From Selaginella moellendorffii (Eukaryota; Plantae; Lycopodiophyta), in NCBI RefSeq assembly GCF_000143415.4, contig NW_003314384.1:384816-448815 (forward strand): a DNA stretch of 64,000 bases, read 5' to 3'. The position numbers and the translations under genes were made by a program. Within the stretch, counting starts at the first letter, position 1; the number at the start of each line of letters is the position of its first letter. This document shows, piece after piece, positions 52,478 through 63,960 of the stretch. A model generated the notes under the pieces. That model worked only from the letters and a program-made list of their open reading frames with translations, was not told where the DNA came from and searched no databases.

Positions 52478-53689
52478 CTGTTCAGAAATGCACAACAATT
52501 AGAGCTGACAGATGAAAAGCTAGCAGCTGGAAATAACGTGAGGCCACACGCCATTCACCACTACATCAGATGTCTTGAGGCTGCATCCTAAGATGGCGTG
52601 AGGCTACATGCCATCTGTAACCGGACTGCACTCGAGAGCCCAATCGGTGCATGCCAATGTTGCTACTGAATGGCATGTGGCCTCATGCCATTTTCTACTT
52701 GGCCTAAAAGACTTACCATTTGAAGCCGAATGGAGGCATGACAATCGAGGCCGGACTCGCTAGCGAATGTGCACTGTGTGTGCAGCGGATCTTAGCAGCA
52801 AGGCTACTCTGCCACTTACAGTTGGAGAGTGGCTCTGAAATCTCCTGGGACGCCAAGTGGGCTGCGTGTGGGTGGCGGAGTGGGCGGCGGAGTTGGCGGC
52901 GAAGTTACAAACTGGGTGTGTCTTGAAGTGGACGCCGATGCACACGAGCGCGATGTGGACAAACGAAAGCTAGCTATAAACATGACGGGATGCAAATAGA
53001 TTACTAGGCTGGTCCTGCGAAAATAAAAAACCATAATTGAAAACATTGAAAATGCAAAAAGAAAGGTTTATAATATTTTTGAATTTTAAGCAACCAAAGG
53101 AATGTAAGTAGGGCATGTGTTTGTAAGTTTAAAAATGCCTCAACCACTTAAATTCCCAAGTAAATAAAGCTGTTTCTATTTTTGGTACAGGTAAACTTTA
53201 TAGCGTGTGGGCTCATGCAATTTTGAACCCAAAAATGCACCAAAAATGCTCGACTAGCATTATTCTTTGAATGGCGTGTGGCCTTATATTGCCATAAATG
53301 GACGTACACACACAGCATAATTATTCCTTTACACGGCGAATAATCTTGGCATGGATTGCTGACACGGCATGGCAAAGTTCGAATCACTGACATGGCACAA
53401 CTGGATCGAGGCAAGGACATGATGTGACAAAGTTCAACCTCCGATAGCAAAGTCTAGAAGCTACTCAGTTTGAAATTTGTCAGAGGAATCATAAGATCTG
53501 GTTTGTCAGAGGATTTGATGTGACATTCAAGCATGTGTTATTTTTGAATTCTCGAACTCATTCCTAGGTCTATCATTTTTGTGCGCCGTGTTCTTGGTTC
53601 CGCTGAGCGCAGTGAGTGCTGCTTGTGTAAGCGGCGTTGTGAGCTGTGGTTTATGTGTCTACAAGCGGTTGCGGTATTGTGAGCACCAT

Positions 53690-53795
53690 TGCGAGCGGCA
53701 GTTTATGCGAGTGGCAGTTTGTGCGAGCGGCGCTATGAGCAGTTGCGGTGTTGCGAGCGGCGCTACGAGTAGTTGCGGTGTTGCGAGCGGCACTG
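53690..53795 (+). repeat. Short tandem repeats (TGCGAGCGGC core, ~30-bp period)
   Basis: Repeated TTGCGGTGTTGCGAGCGGCGCTA units. Confidence 0.8.
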
Positions 53796-53984
53796 TCTTT
53801 GGTGTGGCTACCGCTTCCTCTTGATATTCGGCACTTGTGCTTCCTGGTATGTTCACCATGGAATGGCTTAGGACCACATTTAGAAATGGCATGAGGCCAC
53901 ATGCCATCTTGGGCCCTTGCAATTTCATGGCTAGCGTATTGTCATGTATGTTTTTACTTGCCTGCAGCTGTGTGTATATCAAGA

Positions 53985-54174
53985 TGGCATGAGGCCTCAT
54001 GCCATCTTTGGCCCCTGCTAGCCTATTGCCATATTCCTTTTGCCTTGTTGCAACTGTATATATTTTTGTATGGGTGACTAGTCACGCACACAAAAATATA
54101 TACAGTTGCAGCAAGGCAAAAGGAATATAGCAACAGGCTAGTAGGGGCCAAAGATAGCGTGAGGCCTCATGCCA
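53985..54174. repeat. 190-bp near-perfect spacerless inverted repeat (hairpin/cruciform)
   Basis: Arms are symmetric about GTGACT|AGTCAC (54074-54085); each arm ends in a 22-bp palindrome copy. Confidence 0.92.
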
Positions 54175-54327
54175 ATTTTGTGAATGCGAAATTTCACGTA
54201 GGTGTCAATAGCATGTTTGAATAATGGCATGTGGCCTCATGCTATTGAGGTTGTTTGGTATGTTATGATTTAGGCCATTCTCCAATCATTTTTTGTATGG
54301 TCTTAACTTCTTTTCTGCACTTTCAGA

Positions 54328-57300
54328 ATGGCCTTCAGGGTTGGGGAAAAGGTTTACATTTTGAATGGTGGGAAGAGAGTTGCAAAAGGGACCCTTGTGT
54401 CTATGGATCGGAACTTTGTTATACACTGTCAAAGGCTTGGGGAAGGCAATGTTGCTGTATCAGTAGAGACTGTCTTCGATGGGAATGTAGTCGCTATTGA
54501 ACGAGGAGAGATGGTCGTCGGGGTAAATGTTATTGTTGCCTTGAAAAATCTTCAGAAGAAAGCAGATGTTGGGGACAGCGCAAGTGCGACACATGTTCCC
54601 TCCATAGATCTTAAGAACCGTGCTACATGGATTCAGGCAAAGGTGTTTCTAAACAACCCCGAGGAAGAGGTGGTAGCTGAGGGCTTAGCCACAGTTGTCG
54701 ATCCAAGAGATGCGGTTGCTAATCAAGAATTGGGCTGGGATGATATTGGAGTTGCGATTTTAGAGGTTGTTGATACAGAAGAAAACAGTCTGACTATTGG
54801 AAGCATTGTGCGGTGGAAATTGAGGCACTTAGTGTTTGAGAATGTGAAGGATTCACAATCAAACACCATTACAACTGATGACAGAACATCTCTTCATGGG
54901 AAAAGAATGTACACCTTCCTAAAGCGCAGCCAAAGGGATCTAAGCAACGAACCGAAAAGGCAAAAAATGGCGATGGAGGTTCATATGGTCTCGACAGTTG
55001 CTTGTTGCAAGAGGAGGTGCTATCAACATGCTGATTGGGATGCTATTGAAGAGGAGAGAGCAAGATACAAGACATTGTCCTGGAAGGCAGCTCGCAATTT
55101 TGTGTATGAGGCATTACGGTCATCTATTGATGCTTCAGAACATCAGATGGGGGGCATGGTCTTCCAGAGGGGTTTGGTCTGCATGAAGGCATGGAGAATC
55201 ATTTATGGAGTCCCTCGAACCACATTCTACAGAATCAAAACTGAGTTCGAGGAACAAAGGGTTCAACAGGCAGTCCATGGGAATGACGGTACGCACAAAA
55301 CCAGGGGTCATGTTGTATATGGAGAGGCAATCTTCAAGAGGTTTGTCGAGACATGTAGCGAGCAGCAACCACATAAAACCCGCCTCTTGGAAGATGGAAC
55401 ATGAGACACCCAACGAGTTCTCCCTTCCATGTATACCAAAGGGGCCATATTGGAAGATGTGAATCGGGAACTCCAGAGTAATGGCTACAGGAAGCTGAGC
55501 CAATCTAGATTTAGTAGATTGTGGAGCAACAGGTTCAGGGATGTGAGTATAAGAAAGTACTCCAGCTTTTCAAAGTGTGACAAGTGCATTGCTATCAAAA
55601 TGGCTTTGTCGAAGAATTCTTGCAGAGCTCAAGAGCGAGAGACATTGGTTAGAAGGCGGCTTGACCACAACATCGAGCAGAGAAGCTGCAGGACTGCATA
55701 TTATCATAACAGGATTCTCTCCATGGAGAGACCTGACTCTTACCTCTGCATCATCCACGACAAAATGGACCAGAAAAAGACGTGCTTACCTCGACTCAAT
55801 CCTGCCCCCAAGGCAATCTCTTCATCCATGCAGCTGCCTGTATCTCTGTTTGGCATAATCGCTCATGGGCATGGTGCCCAGAACTATGGGAACCTCTTTG
55901 TACCTCTATGGGGTGGAGGGGGTGCAAACATGATGATTGCGTCCCTAGCAAAACACTTAAGGTCTCTGCAAAGTGTGCAGACTGAGCTGAACAGCCAACC
56001 CTTGCATAAGGCCCTTGTCGATCGAACCCCATACAGGGTTCAGCTGGAGGAGGAGCAAAGGCTTGCAGTATCGCGTGGGGCCCCATGCCATCCCAGTGAA
56101 TATGTTGGCCGTCAGATTGTAGGGTTATCACGTGAGGCCTTATGCCATTCCGACGAGGCTGGTTGCCCGGTGAATGCACAGCCTCATCCAAACGAAACAG
56201 AATCTCAAGGAAGTTCTTGCGGCCAATGTGGCCTTCCACCCCATCTTCTGCTCCAAACAGACAATGCTGGCAGTGAGAATAAAAACATGTACGTCTTCAC
56301 GTACTTGGCGATGCTTGTTGCCAAAGGCATATTTGAAATGGTTACACTTGGCTTTCTCATGGTTAGGCACACTCATGAAGACGTTGATGCCATGTTCAGT
56401 CACTTGGTAGAGTCCCTCCGGCGATCCAATGTCCTCACCCTCCCACAACTCTACGATGAATTCCAAAATTGCATCAAAGGCACTGTTGAAGTTGCACTTG
56501 TGACAGAGGTTCCAGACTTTAAGGGGTTTGTAAGAGGCTACATTAGGGACGGATCCGAATCGCTGATTGGCCACTCCAAGCCTCTTCAGTTTCATTTCAG
56601 CATGCGTGACGGTGCTCCAGTGATGAGGTACAAGATGAGAGAATGGGACACAGTGTGGCTGCCAGTAGACGGCATTGAACTCTTCAAGAGAAATCCCATA
56701 ACTGGGGAACCTATGATTCCTCAGGGTTCCCCACGGCCGATGCACCCGAATGGACTCAAAGACCAGGAAAGTATAGTGGCCAGGATTAGACAGCATATTG
56801 CCTTCTGGAAGAGGGGGTTGGTGTTTGGTGGAGAATCCTATTTTAAGAGGTGCAAGCCTTTGCTCGAATACTAGGAGAAGATTATATCTGCTATCCAAAA
56901 TGGGCTGGTTGTATATGAAGAATTGGAAGAGTCCTTTTGGCCAGAACCCAGAGCACCAGATAGTAGCAGAACAATGTCCTCTGGAAATGCAGTGACAGAT
57001 AACGATGTTGAGGATCACTATTGTGGGCCGAGGAACAAGAAGCCGGATTCAGTATTCAATCTAGTACAGGTCTGCAAAGGAATGGTCATGCTTGTCAGAC
57101 CCAGTAATAAAAAACAAATGATATGGGTGGGGCACTGCATCACTGATGCAGAGGAGGACGCGGAAACTAACTCCTTCAATGTAACTGTGGAGTGGTTCAA
57201 GCCAAGTTCTGGATATACGAAGGATTGCCTAGAAAAGAGATGGGTGCTGAATCCAAGGGATCCCAGCATGAGCATATCGGTGGATAATGTTGTGCATGGT

Positions 57301-57396
57301 TGGATGCGGAAGCAGAGTGCCACCATCACCTTGCCAGACCATGCAAGAGATGCAGCAAGAGCATTCATAACCCGGGTTCAAGGTGAGATTCATTAA
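54328..57396 (+). pseudogene. DDD/E transposase, ~1020 codons with two in-frame stops (55402-55404, 56872-56874)
   Basis: Three ORFs in one frame; CDKC cysteine cluster; IIHDKMDQKK, LLQTDNAGSENKN, FLMVRHTHEDVDAMFS catalytic-type motifs; two N-terminal Tnp1/En-Spm-like (VAxG...LG...V.V) repeats. Confidence 0.85.
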
Positions 57397-59013
57397 TATT
57401 CCTTTCTAATGTATTTTATTTCAAGGTGAACAATCCGAATCTGAATCAGAGGAGGTGTGATGGCATGTGGCCTTACGCCATACCTAGGTGAGATGATACA
57501 AATAACAAGTATAAATTCTTAGTTGTTCTAGCAAATCTTACTTAAAGTTTAAGGTGAACAAGCCGAATATGAATTCATCGGATTGTTATAATTGCGAGGT
57601 GATGGCATGAGGCGATACGCCATTTGAGAGTGGTAGCCATTCCTATATGAGGTGAGTGAAATATTTATTAGAAATACCTCATTCAATTGTGCACTTCTAA
57701 GTCTTGGTCCACTCAGTATTGTTTGCATGTTTCTATTTTAATTCTTTCTCTAAAATGTTATTTAGCATGTGGCTTCATGCCATTGCTCTCCACAATCATG
57801 CATTGAATTTTTCTATCCTTGCATAATACTTCTCCATATATATAGCATGTGCGCACATGTGATATGGTTCATTAGGCCTGATATAGTGTGTGAGGTAAAA
57901 CAAAGATGATGTGACATATGCATTTACCAATCACATGTGCATAAATCTAATAATATGGTGTGTGGCCCATATTAATGGCACATAAACCCATATTGTGGGC
58001 TTACGTGCTTTATGTACCATCATTCCCTTGCAGCGTGTGTGTTGGTTTCCTTTTATAACACAACGAACTCCATATTTTAGGGTGAAGAGCGTTCTCATGG
58101 CAAGCACAAAATCTGTAAGTGAGGCAGAAAAGGAGACGGAGAAGGAGATAGGTGAAGATGTAGAATATATAAGTCTTCCAAACTCCCCGTACTATACTCC
58201 AGGTGATCATTTTTCTGAACAAACAGCAACATTAACAATTATCGAGAACGCCCCAGTAACGTCAAAGACAACAATCCAAAGCAAAACAACTGACCTAGAG
58301 AAGGATGATAGTACCGCTGAGAGTACCAAAAAGGAGGTGTCCACTAGCGCTTAGGCTTATAATGGCATGTGCCCTCATGCCATTTACTTGATCACCAAAT
58401 ACCTTTTTCCCTTTGCACTAGTATATCTTAATACCGGTCTGAGAAATAGAATGGCATGTGCCCTCAGGCTTTTTACTAAATCACCTTTGAAAGAAATGCA
58501 AGCCTCTATGTCATAAAAAAAAGGTACTAGAGAAATTCCTTAATAATATGAATGTTATTTAGTTTCATGAAAATACACTAAGGGTCAAATGAGTTAAATG
58601 ACTTCTCCAGACTAGCAATGCCTCTTGCTACACCTTCACAATTAGATTCGTTAGAAAAAGATAACATTGAATAATATCTAAATGTTCTCACCATTAAGTT
58701 ATATGTCTGGCTAATAGGAATGACGTTCATCTTGGAAAGCTCACCACACTCTCAATGAACAAACAAATAGTGTGTGCGCGCATGCCATCACTCTTCTTTA
58801 GCTTCAGATTCGGCTTGTTCACCTTGACAATGAGATTTATTATACAACCAGATGGACTCAATCTGGACACAAAGTCACCGCGCTAGTCACCATGCCCCAG
58901 ATATGTCTAGCCCCTGGACAAAAAACATATAATTTCACGTCATTTTCAAATACTTGAAAATTTGTACCTAGTCCCATTTTACTGAATAAATCCCACTTTA
59001 ACGAAATAGAGCT

Positions 59014-59915
59014 TTCCTGCTCTTCTGCTCCATCATTGCTCCTGCATAGCTCTTCTTCTAGTGACTTGTGCATTGCCACTCCTGCGTTTCTAGGCAGGAT
59101 CACCTCGTCCCGTGTCTCATCTTCTTCCTGTTGGTTCCCAAGATGTCCTGAACCGGGCTCAAGGACTATATTTGGTGTTGGTGACTCCTCTTTGGCCAAG
59201 CTACTTCTGTGTGCACCACCATCCTGTTTCGGTGAGACTAGCTTTTCCAGCTTATCCTTTGGTGTGTCTGCCAGTTCTTTGAGAAGTTGACAAGTGTGAT
59301 GAGCCCTGATCATCATCTCCCTGGTTCCCTGCATGACCTCTTTGTGAGGATCCATGGCTGCGCACTCTGCAAGGTAGTCGCTTTTTGTGTGGTGTGATTT
59401 CTGCCTCAAGCCTGCTTGATCGCTGACAGTGTGCTCATTGCTTCCTGCCGTGCCACTCGAACCTAGCTTTTCACTGTCCCCTGGAGAGCCCAATGATGCC
59501 CTCCTTCCAGTGCTTGGGGTTTTGCTGTTGGTGGCTCTTCCCTTCAGCATCCCTCCCTGGGGCAGTTGGATGTTGAGGCCGCGGCCTCTAGTGCCTCTTC
59601 CAAGTGCAAATGGCTGAAGCTTGGTTCTTCCTCCACTGCTGCTGGGTGCTGGACGACATTCCATCCTGGACACAGTAGTATAAAACAAAAAATAGAGAGA
59701 TTTTGGAGTGATTCTTTCCTGAATCTCATGGCAGATGCCCCCACCGTCAGTAGCAAGTGTGGGGAGATTGGGCACTCTCCCCTTGCGCTCTCCCTCCTCT
59801 GGCCATGCCTCCGATCACGGCAGCCATGGTGCTGGACGCTGTGCTCCTCCATGCCCTAACACACCAATCATTAGCCAATCATTGCTCCTCCACACCCTAA
59901 CCGTCCCTTGGGTTG
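59014..59915 (-). mobile_element. 5' UTR and ORF1 N-terminus of the LINE interrupted by the DNA transposon
   Basis: ORF MECRPAPSSSGG... runs up to the right TIR; low-complexity ORF1-like sequence resumes beyond the left TIR. Confidence 0.65.
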
Positions 59916-59919
59916 ATGC

Positions 59920-62135
59920 AACATGTATGTACATTTCTCCAAGTCCCTTAGGGACTGATACAAAAAAACAAGTAGCCCTTAGTGTTGTTCACTCAACTAT
60001 GCCATCTTGCGATTCTCCACCTAATAGTGACCGCTCCCCTCCAATTGTGGCTGCTATGGTCATCGCCTCTGCAATGCATCCAATGCCAAATCACCACGTT
60101 GAGCCTCCTTTGTTACCATGTCTGGTGGTCTCCATTTCCACTTGACCTCCCCCTCGTGTTCTGTCCCATAGCACGGAGTCCATAGTCGTCGCCAAGCTGT
60201 GAGCACCTCCCTGTTTTTTCCGTGCTCCTGGAGCAGCATATACCTCAAGCGGATAGCAGCCAGTGTGAGCCTCCACCAATTCGCCATGATCGCTGAAATC
60301 TGAGCACTCTGTCCTTCAAAGTGATTGTGGTTCCGAGACTCCCAGAGTGCCTGTAGCCTGGAAGCTGCCATACCTCCCATCTCGTCTGTCCAAGGGCCTC
60401 CTACACTGTGGTCCTGATTTCGGCTAATACTGCGTCCCACCTAACTCGGGTGCCCTATCCTGAGTGTCCCCAACACCCAATCTTCCACCAAGCTGCTCCT
60501 ATACATGGCCCCCTTGCCTCTGGGAACCATTGGGTGACATCCCCTTCTCAAATTTCAAAGTTTTACTTGCTCCCTAGTTCCCTCGTCGCTTTTGCTACCT
60601 GCCTCCACGTCTCTTTGGCCACATCACATTCCCATAGGAGGGGTGTGACTGTCTCCAGTTCCCCGCATTCTGAACACCTGTGAGCATTCTCTGCTTGAAA
60701 CCGCTGTCCTACTAAAAGCCCATTCATCACCACAAGCCAAGAGGTTACCTTTGATTATTCCTGGATCGGTAGTTTCCAGAACGCCACGGTGTTGTCAATC
60801 ACCTAGTCCGCCTCCACTCCTAGTGCGATCCACTTTTGCCACAGTCATGGAATTTCTTCTCTCTCAAATTCCCTGTTCACCATCAGTCCGTTCTACGCGT
60901 CCTTAACCTCATATGTGAAGAAGCCGTTCGCCCCGCATCTCCACGCTATTGGGTCCCAGTCCAGGTCTTCTATTAGCTCTTTCCTTAACCATACTAGTCA
61001 TCCGTCTCCTTCTAGCCAGCATTGTGACTCTACCACTTCTGTCCGTGTTGCTGTTTGTTGCAGCACCCAAATTCGTCCTTTTACTTCATCGTCCAAGACC
61101 TGCAGCATCTGCTGAGTACCCCCTGCCTCGAGGAGTGTGTCACCATGCACTACACGAAAAGGCCTCCTGAGGTTTTGGTCTGGGTCTGTCACGAACCACA
61201 CCTCAGTCTCCCCTTCATTCCATGCTGGGGTTGGCATCGTGAATGCCTGAGTCCATTTTCCAAGTGGCACCTGTTCGCCATCTGGCATTTCCTCCCTTTG
61301 AATTGCCACAAAGTCCCCAATGTGTAACCTTCTTGCTGGCCATTTGTCCACTGTCCGTGCCTTTGTCACTGCCCTCAGTAACCTCAGCAGGTCCCACTGC
61401 ACATCCCGCCACTTCCCTGGCCCAAAGACTTGGAAGCGCCGGGACGATTTCTGTGGATCTGGATCTATCACTCCAACTAGTTGCTTGACTTTCTTGATGC
61501 CTCCCTGGTGTACCCGCTTCCATATGGTGTAGTGGTTCTCTCAACCCAGTGTTCTGTCTCCTGCTTTGAACAACTCATTGAAAAACAGCGGCTGATTCAG
61601 CCAGTCCTCTGCTCTGTTCGGGATGACCCGAGACAGTGGAAATTTCCAGAGCCGATGAAGACCCTGGACCAACTGGCCTCCCCCTACCACCTGTGTTTGC
61701 CCTTCCGCAAACATCCAACGGGGGTCCTCGTCCCAAACTCTTGCAAATCTGTGCTTCGGTCTGATAGCGAGCATGCTCTGCCTGAAAAGAAGCTTCCAAG
61801 CTTGGGCCCCCAGTTAAAGGCCTATTAGTATGACTTTGTACCTCAATGCCTTGCTCATGTCGCTTGGGTTGATTATCCCCAAGCCGCCTAAAACTCGTGG
61901 TCTCGCCATCGACTGCCATGCCACCTTGGCCATCATCTGGCCACTGACCAGTGCTCCCTTCCACACATACGTGTGCACCATGGACCTTATATGTTTGATT
62001 GTTGTCTCTAGAACCGGCCATACTGAGAGGTGGTACCATGTACATAGCAGCACGATGCTTTTCACCACCACCACCCTTGCCAGCAGTCCCAGTTTCCGTG
62101 GCGCCCATTTCTGAATCACTGTTCTGGTCCTCCAC
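59920..62135 (-). mobile_element. Second L1-like LINE, 3' part of ORF2 and 3' end, cut by a Gypsy insertion
   Basis: YVWKG...AKVAWQSM...GGLGIINP, WLNQPLFFNELF and WWRLTLAAIR motifs; shared 3' motif at 59921-59968. Confidence 0.85.
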
Positions 62136-62368
62136 TGTTATGATCCGGCGCAAAAAGACAAAGATCTAGTTGCCCAAGACTATGCTACGCCACCTCTTGA
62201 GGTTCCTCACCACCCAACCACCCCCGAGCTACCTCAAAAGCTCCACTGCGCCGCCGCTCCACTGTGAGCCCTAGGGTAGGTTAAGTCCCTTACCCTAACA
62301 TGCCTTAATATACCCTTGAGCCTCCCTTTGACCGACATTGACCACGTAGTCAAAGCTGGCGCCTAACA
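62136..62368 (-). mobile_element. 3' LTR (233 bp) of a Ty3/Gypsy element
   Basis: TGTTA...TAACA termini; PPT GGGGGGGAAGAAT immediately upstream (62369-62381); LINE frame resumes at 62135. Confidence 0.85.
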
Positions 62369-62442
62369 ATTCTTCCCCCCCAACAAAGTCCTTGTCCCAA
62401 GGACGAGTTGTACCGGTGATCACCCTTTATGGGGAATCCTAC

Positions 62443-63960
62443 TCAAGCTCCTGGTCCATCTTCCACAGCCGTATACATCAAGGAGGCATTGGGCCCGTCA
62501 CTCCGAGATAGTACACCTTTCAACTGGCTGACATAAAATACCGGATGAATTTTCACCCCAACTGGCAGCCGCACTCGATAAGCCGCTTTACCAATGCGCT
62601 CCAGCACTTCATATGGACCAGCATATCGATGGGAAAGTTTATCACTCTTCCCTGTCCGTAAAGGCACCAAGGTGTTCTGCCGCTCACTTGACGGAAAGAT
62701 CACTCTCACAAAGACGAGATCACCCACCTTATATTCCCGGAATTGGCGATGCTCATTGGCAAACTTCTCCGCTCTATCCTGAGCTGCTTGCAAATTCCAT
62801 TTGCACACCACCAGAATCTCATCAAGTTCTGTGGCCAGATCAGTTGCCTCGGAATCAAGCTTATCTTGAACGTCCTTACTCAAATGCAATCCCAACTCCA
62901 CTGCTGTTCGAGGATGCCTTCCAAACATGGCAAAGTAAGGACTTAGCTTGGTTCCACTGTGTTGGCTATTGTTGTAAGCAAATTGCACCAACGGAAGATA
63001 TAAATCCCACTGTCCTTGCCTTTGACCAATGCTACAACGTAGCATATCCTCCACCACCTGATTCACACGCTCAGTTTGCCCATCCGTCTGAGGATGATCT
63101 CCACTCGAGAGTTTCAAAGTCACTTGCATAGCCTTTGCAAAGCTTTTCCAAAATCCACTAGTGAACTTTGAATCTCGATCACTAATGATGTCCTCCGGCA
63201 AACCAAAATTAGGAAAAACCTTCTCCAAGTAAACCGCAGCCAAGTCTGAGGCAGTGACAGTCTTCCGAAGAGCCAACAACCGCACATACTTCGTCAACCG
63301 ATCCACTATGACCCATACTTGCTCCTTTTGCCTCTGTGTTCGTGGCAAACAAGTGATGAAGTCCATAGAGATACTACACCAACGGCTCTGAGGAATAGGT
63401 AAAGGTTGCAAAAGTCCCCCCGGCTTCTCCCGTGGCACCTTAACCCGCTGACAAAGCTCGCATGATTTACAATACTTGAGGATATCAGCCTTCATATTCC
63501 TCCAATAAAAGTTGCGCCTAATCAACTCATACGTCTTCTTCCCCCCAAAATGACCGGCCTCTGGACGATCATGATAGTGGAATAAAACTTGAGTAATTAA
63601 CGCATCCACCCGTGGCAAATAGACACGGCCATTGTAGTAGAGAATCCCATCCACCAATGAGAAAGGAGCTTCCATCTGGTCTCGCAAAGAGGCCACCTCA
63701 GCATCCTGAGCCTGAGCATGCTCAACCAACTGCCCAAACTCGCTGACCACCTTACTCAAATGATGACAAAATCGTGTTCGTAACGTCGTCACATGACGAA
63801 CACGAGATAAAGCATCCGCCACCACATTTGATTTTCCCGGACGATGCTCAATAGGAACTCCCCAAACTCCATGAGTTTGACCATCCAACGAGCTTGCCTA
63901 GTGTTCAACTCCTTCTTGTGTGAAAAGATACACAAGTGGTTTGTGATCTGTCAACACCAC
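62443..63960 (-). CDS. pol: Ty3/Gypsy pol C-terminus (end of RNase H, integrase), frameshifted near 63870
   Basis: TDHKPL, PGKSNVVADALSR, HD...GH...CELCQ zinc finger, ISMDF, SDRD, TDGQTERVN, GPY motifs. Confidence 0.93.

Larger units (their letters stand above)
46660..59009. mobile_element. ~12.35 kb TIR DNA transposon (DDD/E, Sola/DUF7869-like) carrying two divergent genes
   Basis: Inverted termini AAGCTCTATTTCGTTAAAGTGGGA (46655-46678) and TCCCACTTTAACGAAATAGAGCTT (58991-59014); AGCT on both sides as a possible 4-bp TSD; LINE ORF1-like sequence on both flanks; element-confined palindromes. Confidence 0.88.

Noticed and set aside
56140-57018. Long antisense ORFs opposite the transposase, the ParB-like gene and the MACPF gene
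   Set aside because: Shadow ORFs of real coding frames with no recognisable motifs.
46751-58788. CRISPR-like interpretation of the repeated palindromes
   Set aside because: Spacing is irregular (57 bp to >1.5 kb), copies lie in introns and exons, no cas genes are present and the context is eukaryotic.
58858-59775. 305-aa ORF as an independent gene
   Set aside because: It is chimeric: LINE 5'/ORF1 sequence reading through into the transposon's right TIR at 59013.
62400-62470. Chromodomain at the end of the Gypsy integrase
   Set aside because: The ORF ends shortly after the GPY module and no chromodomain motif is visible before the PPT.
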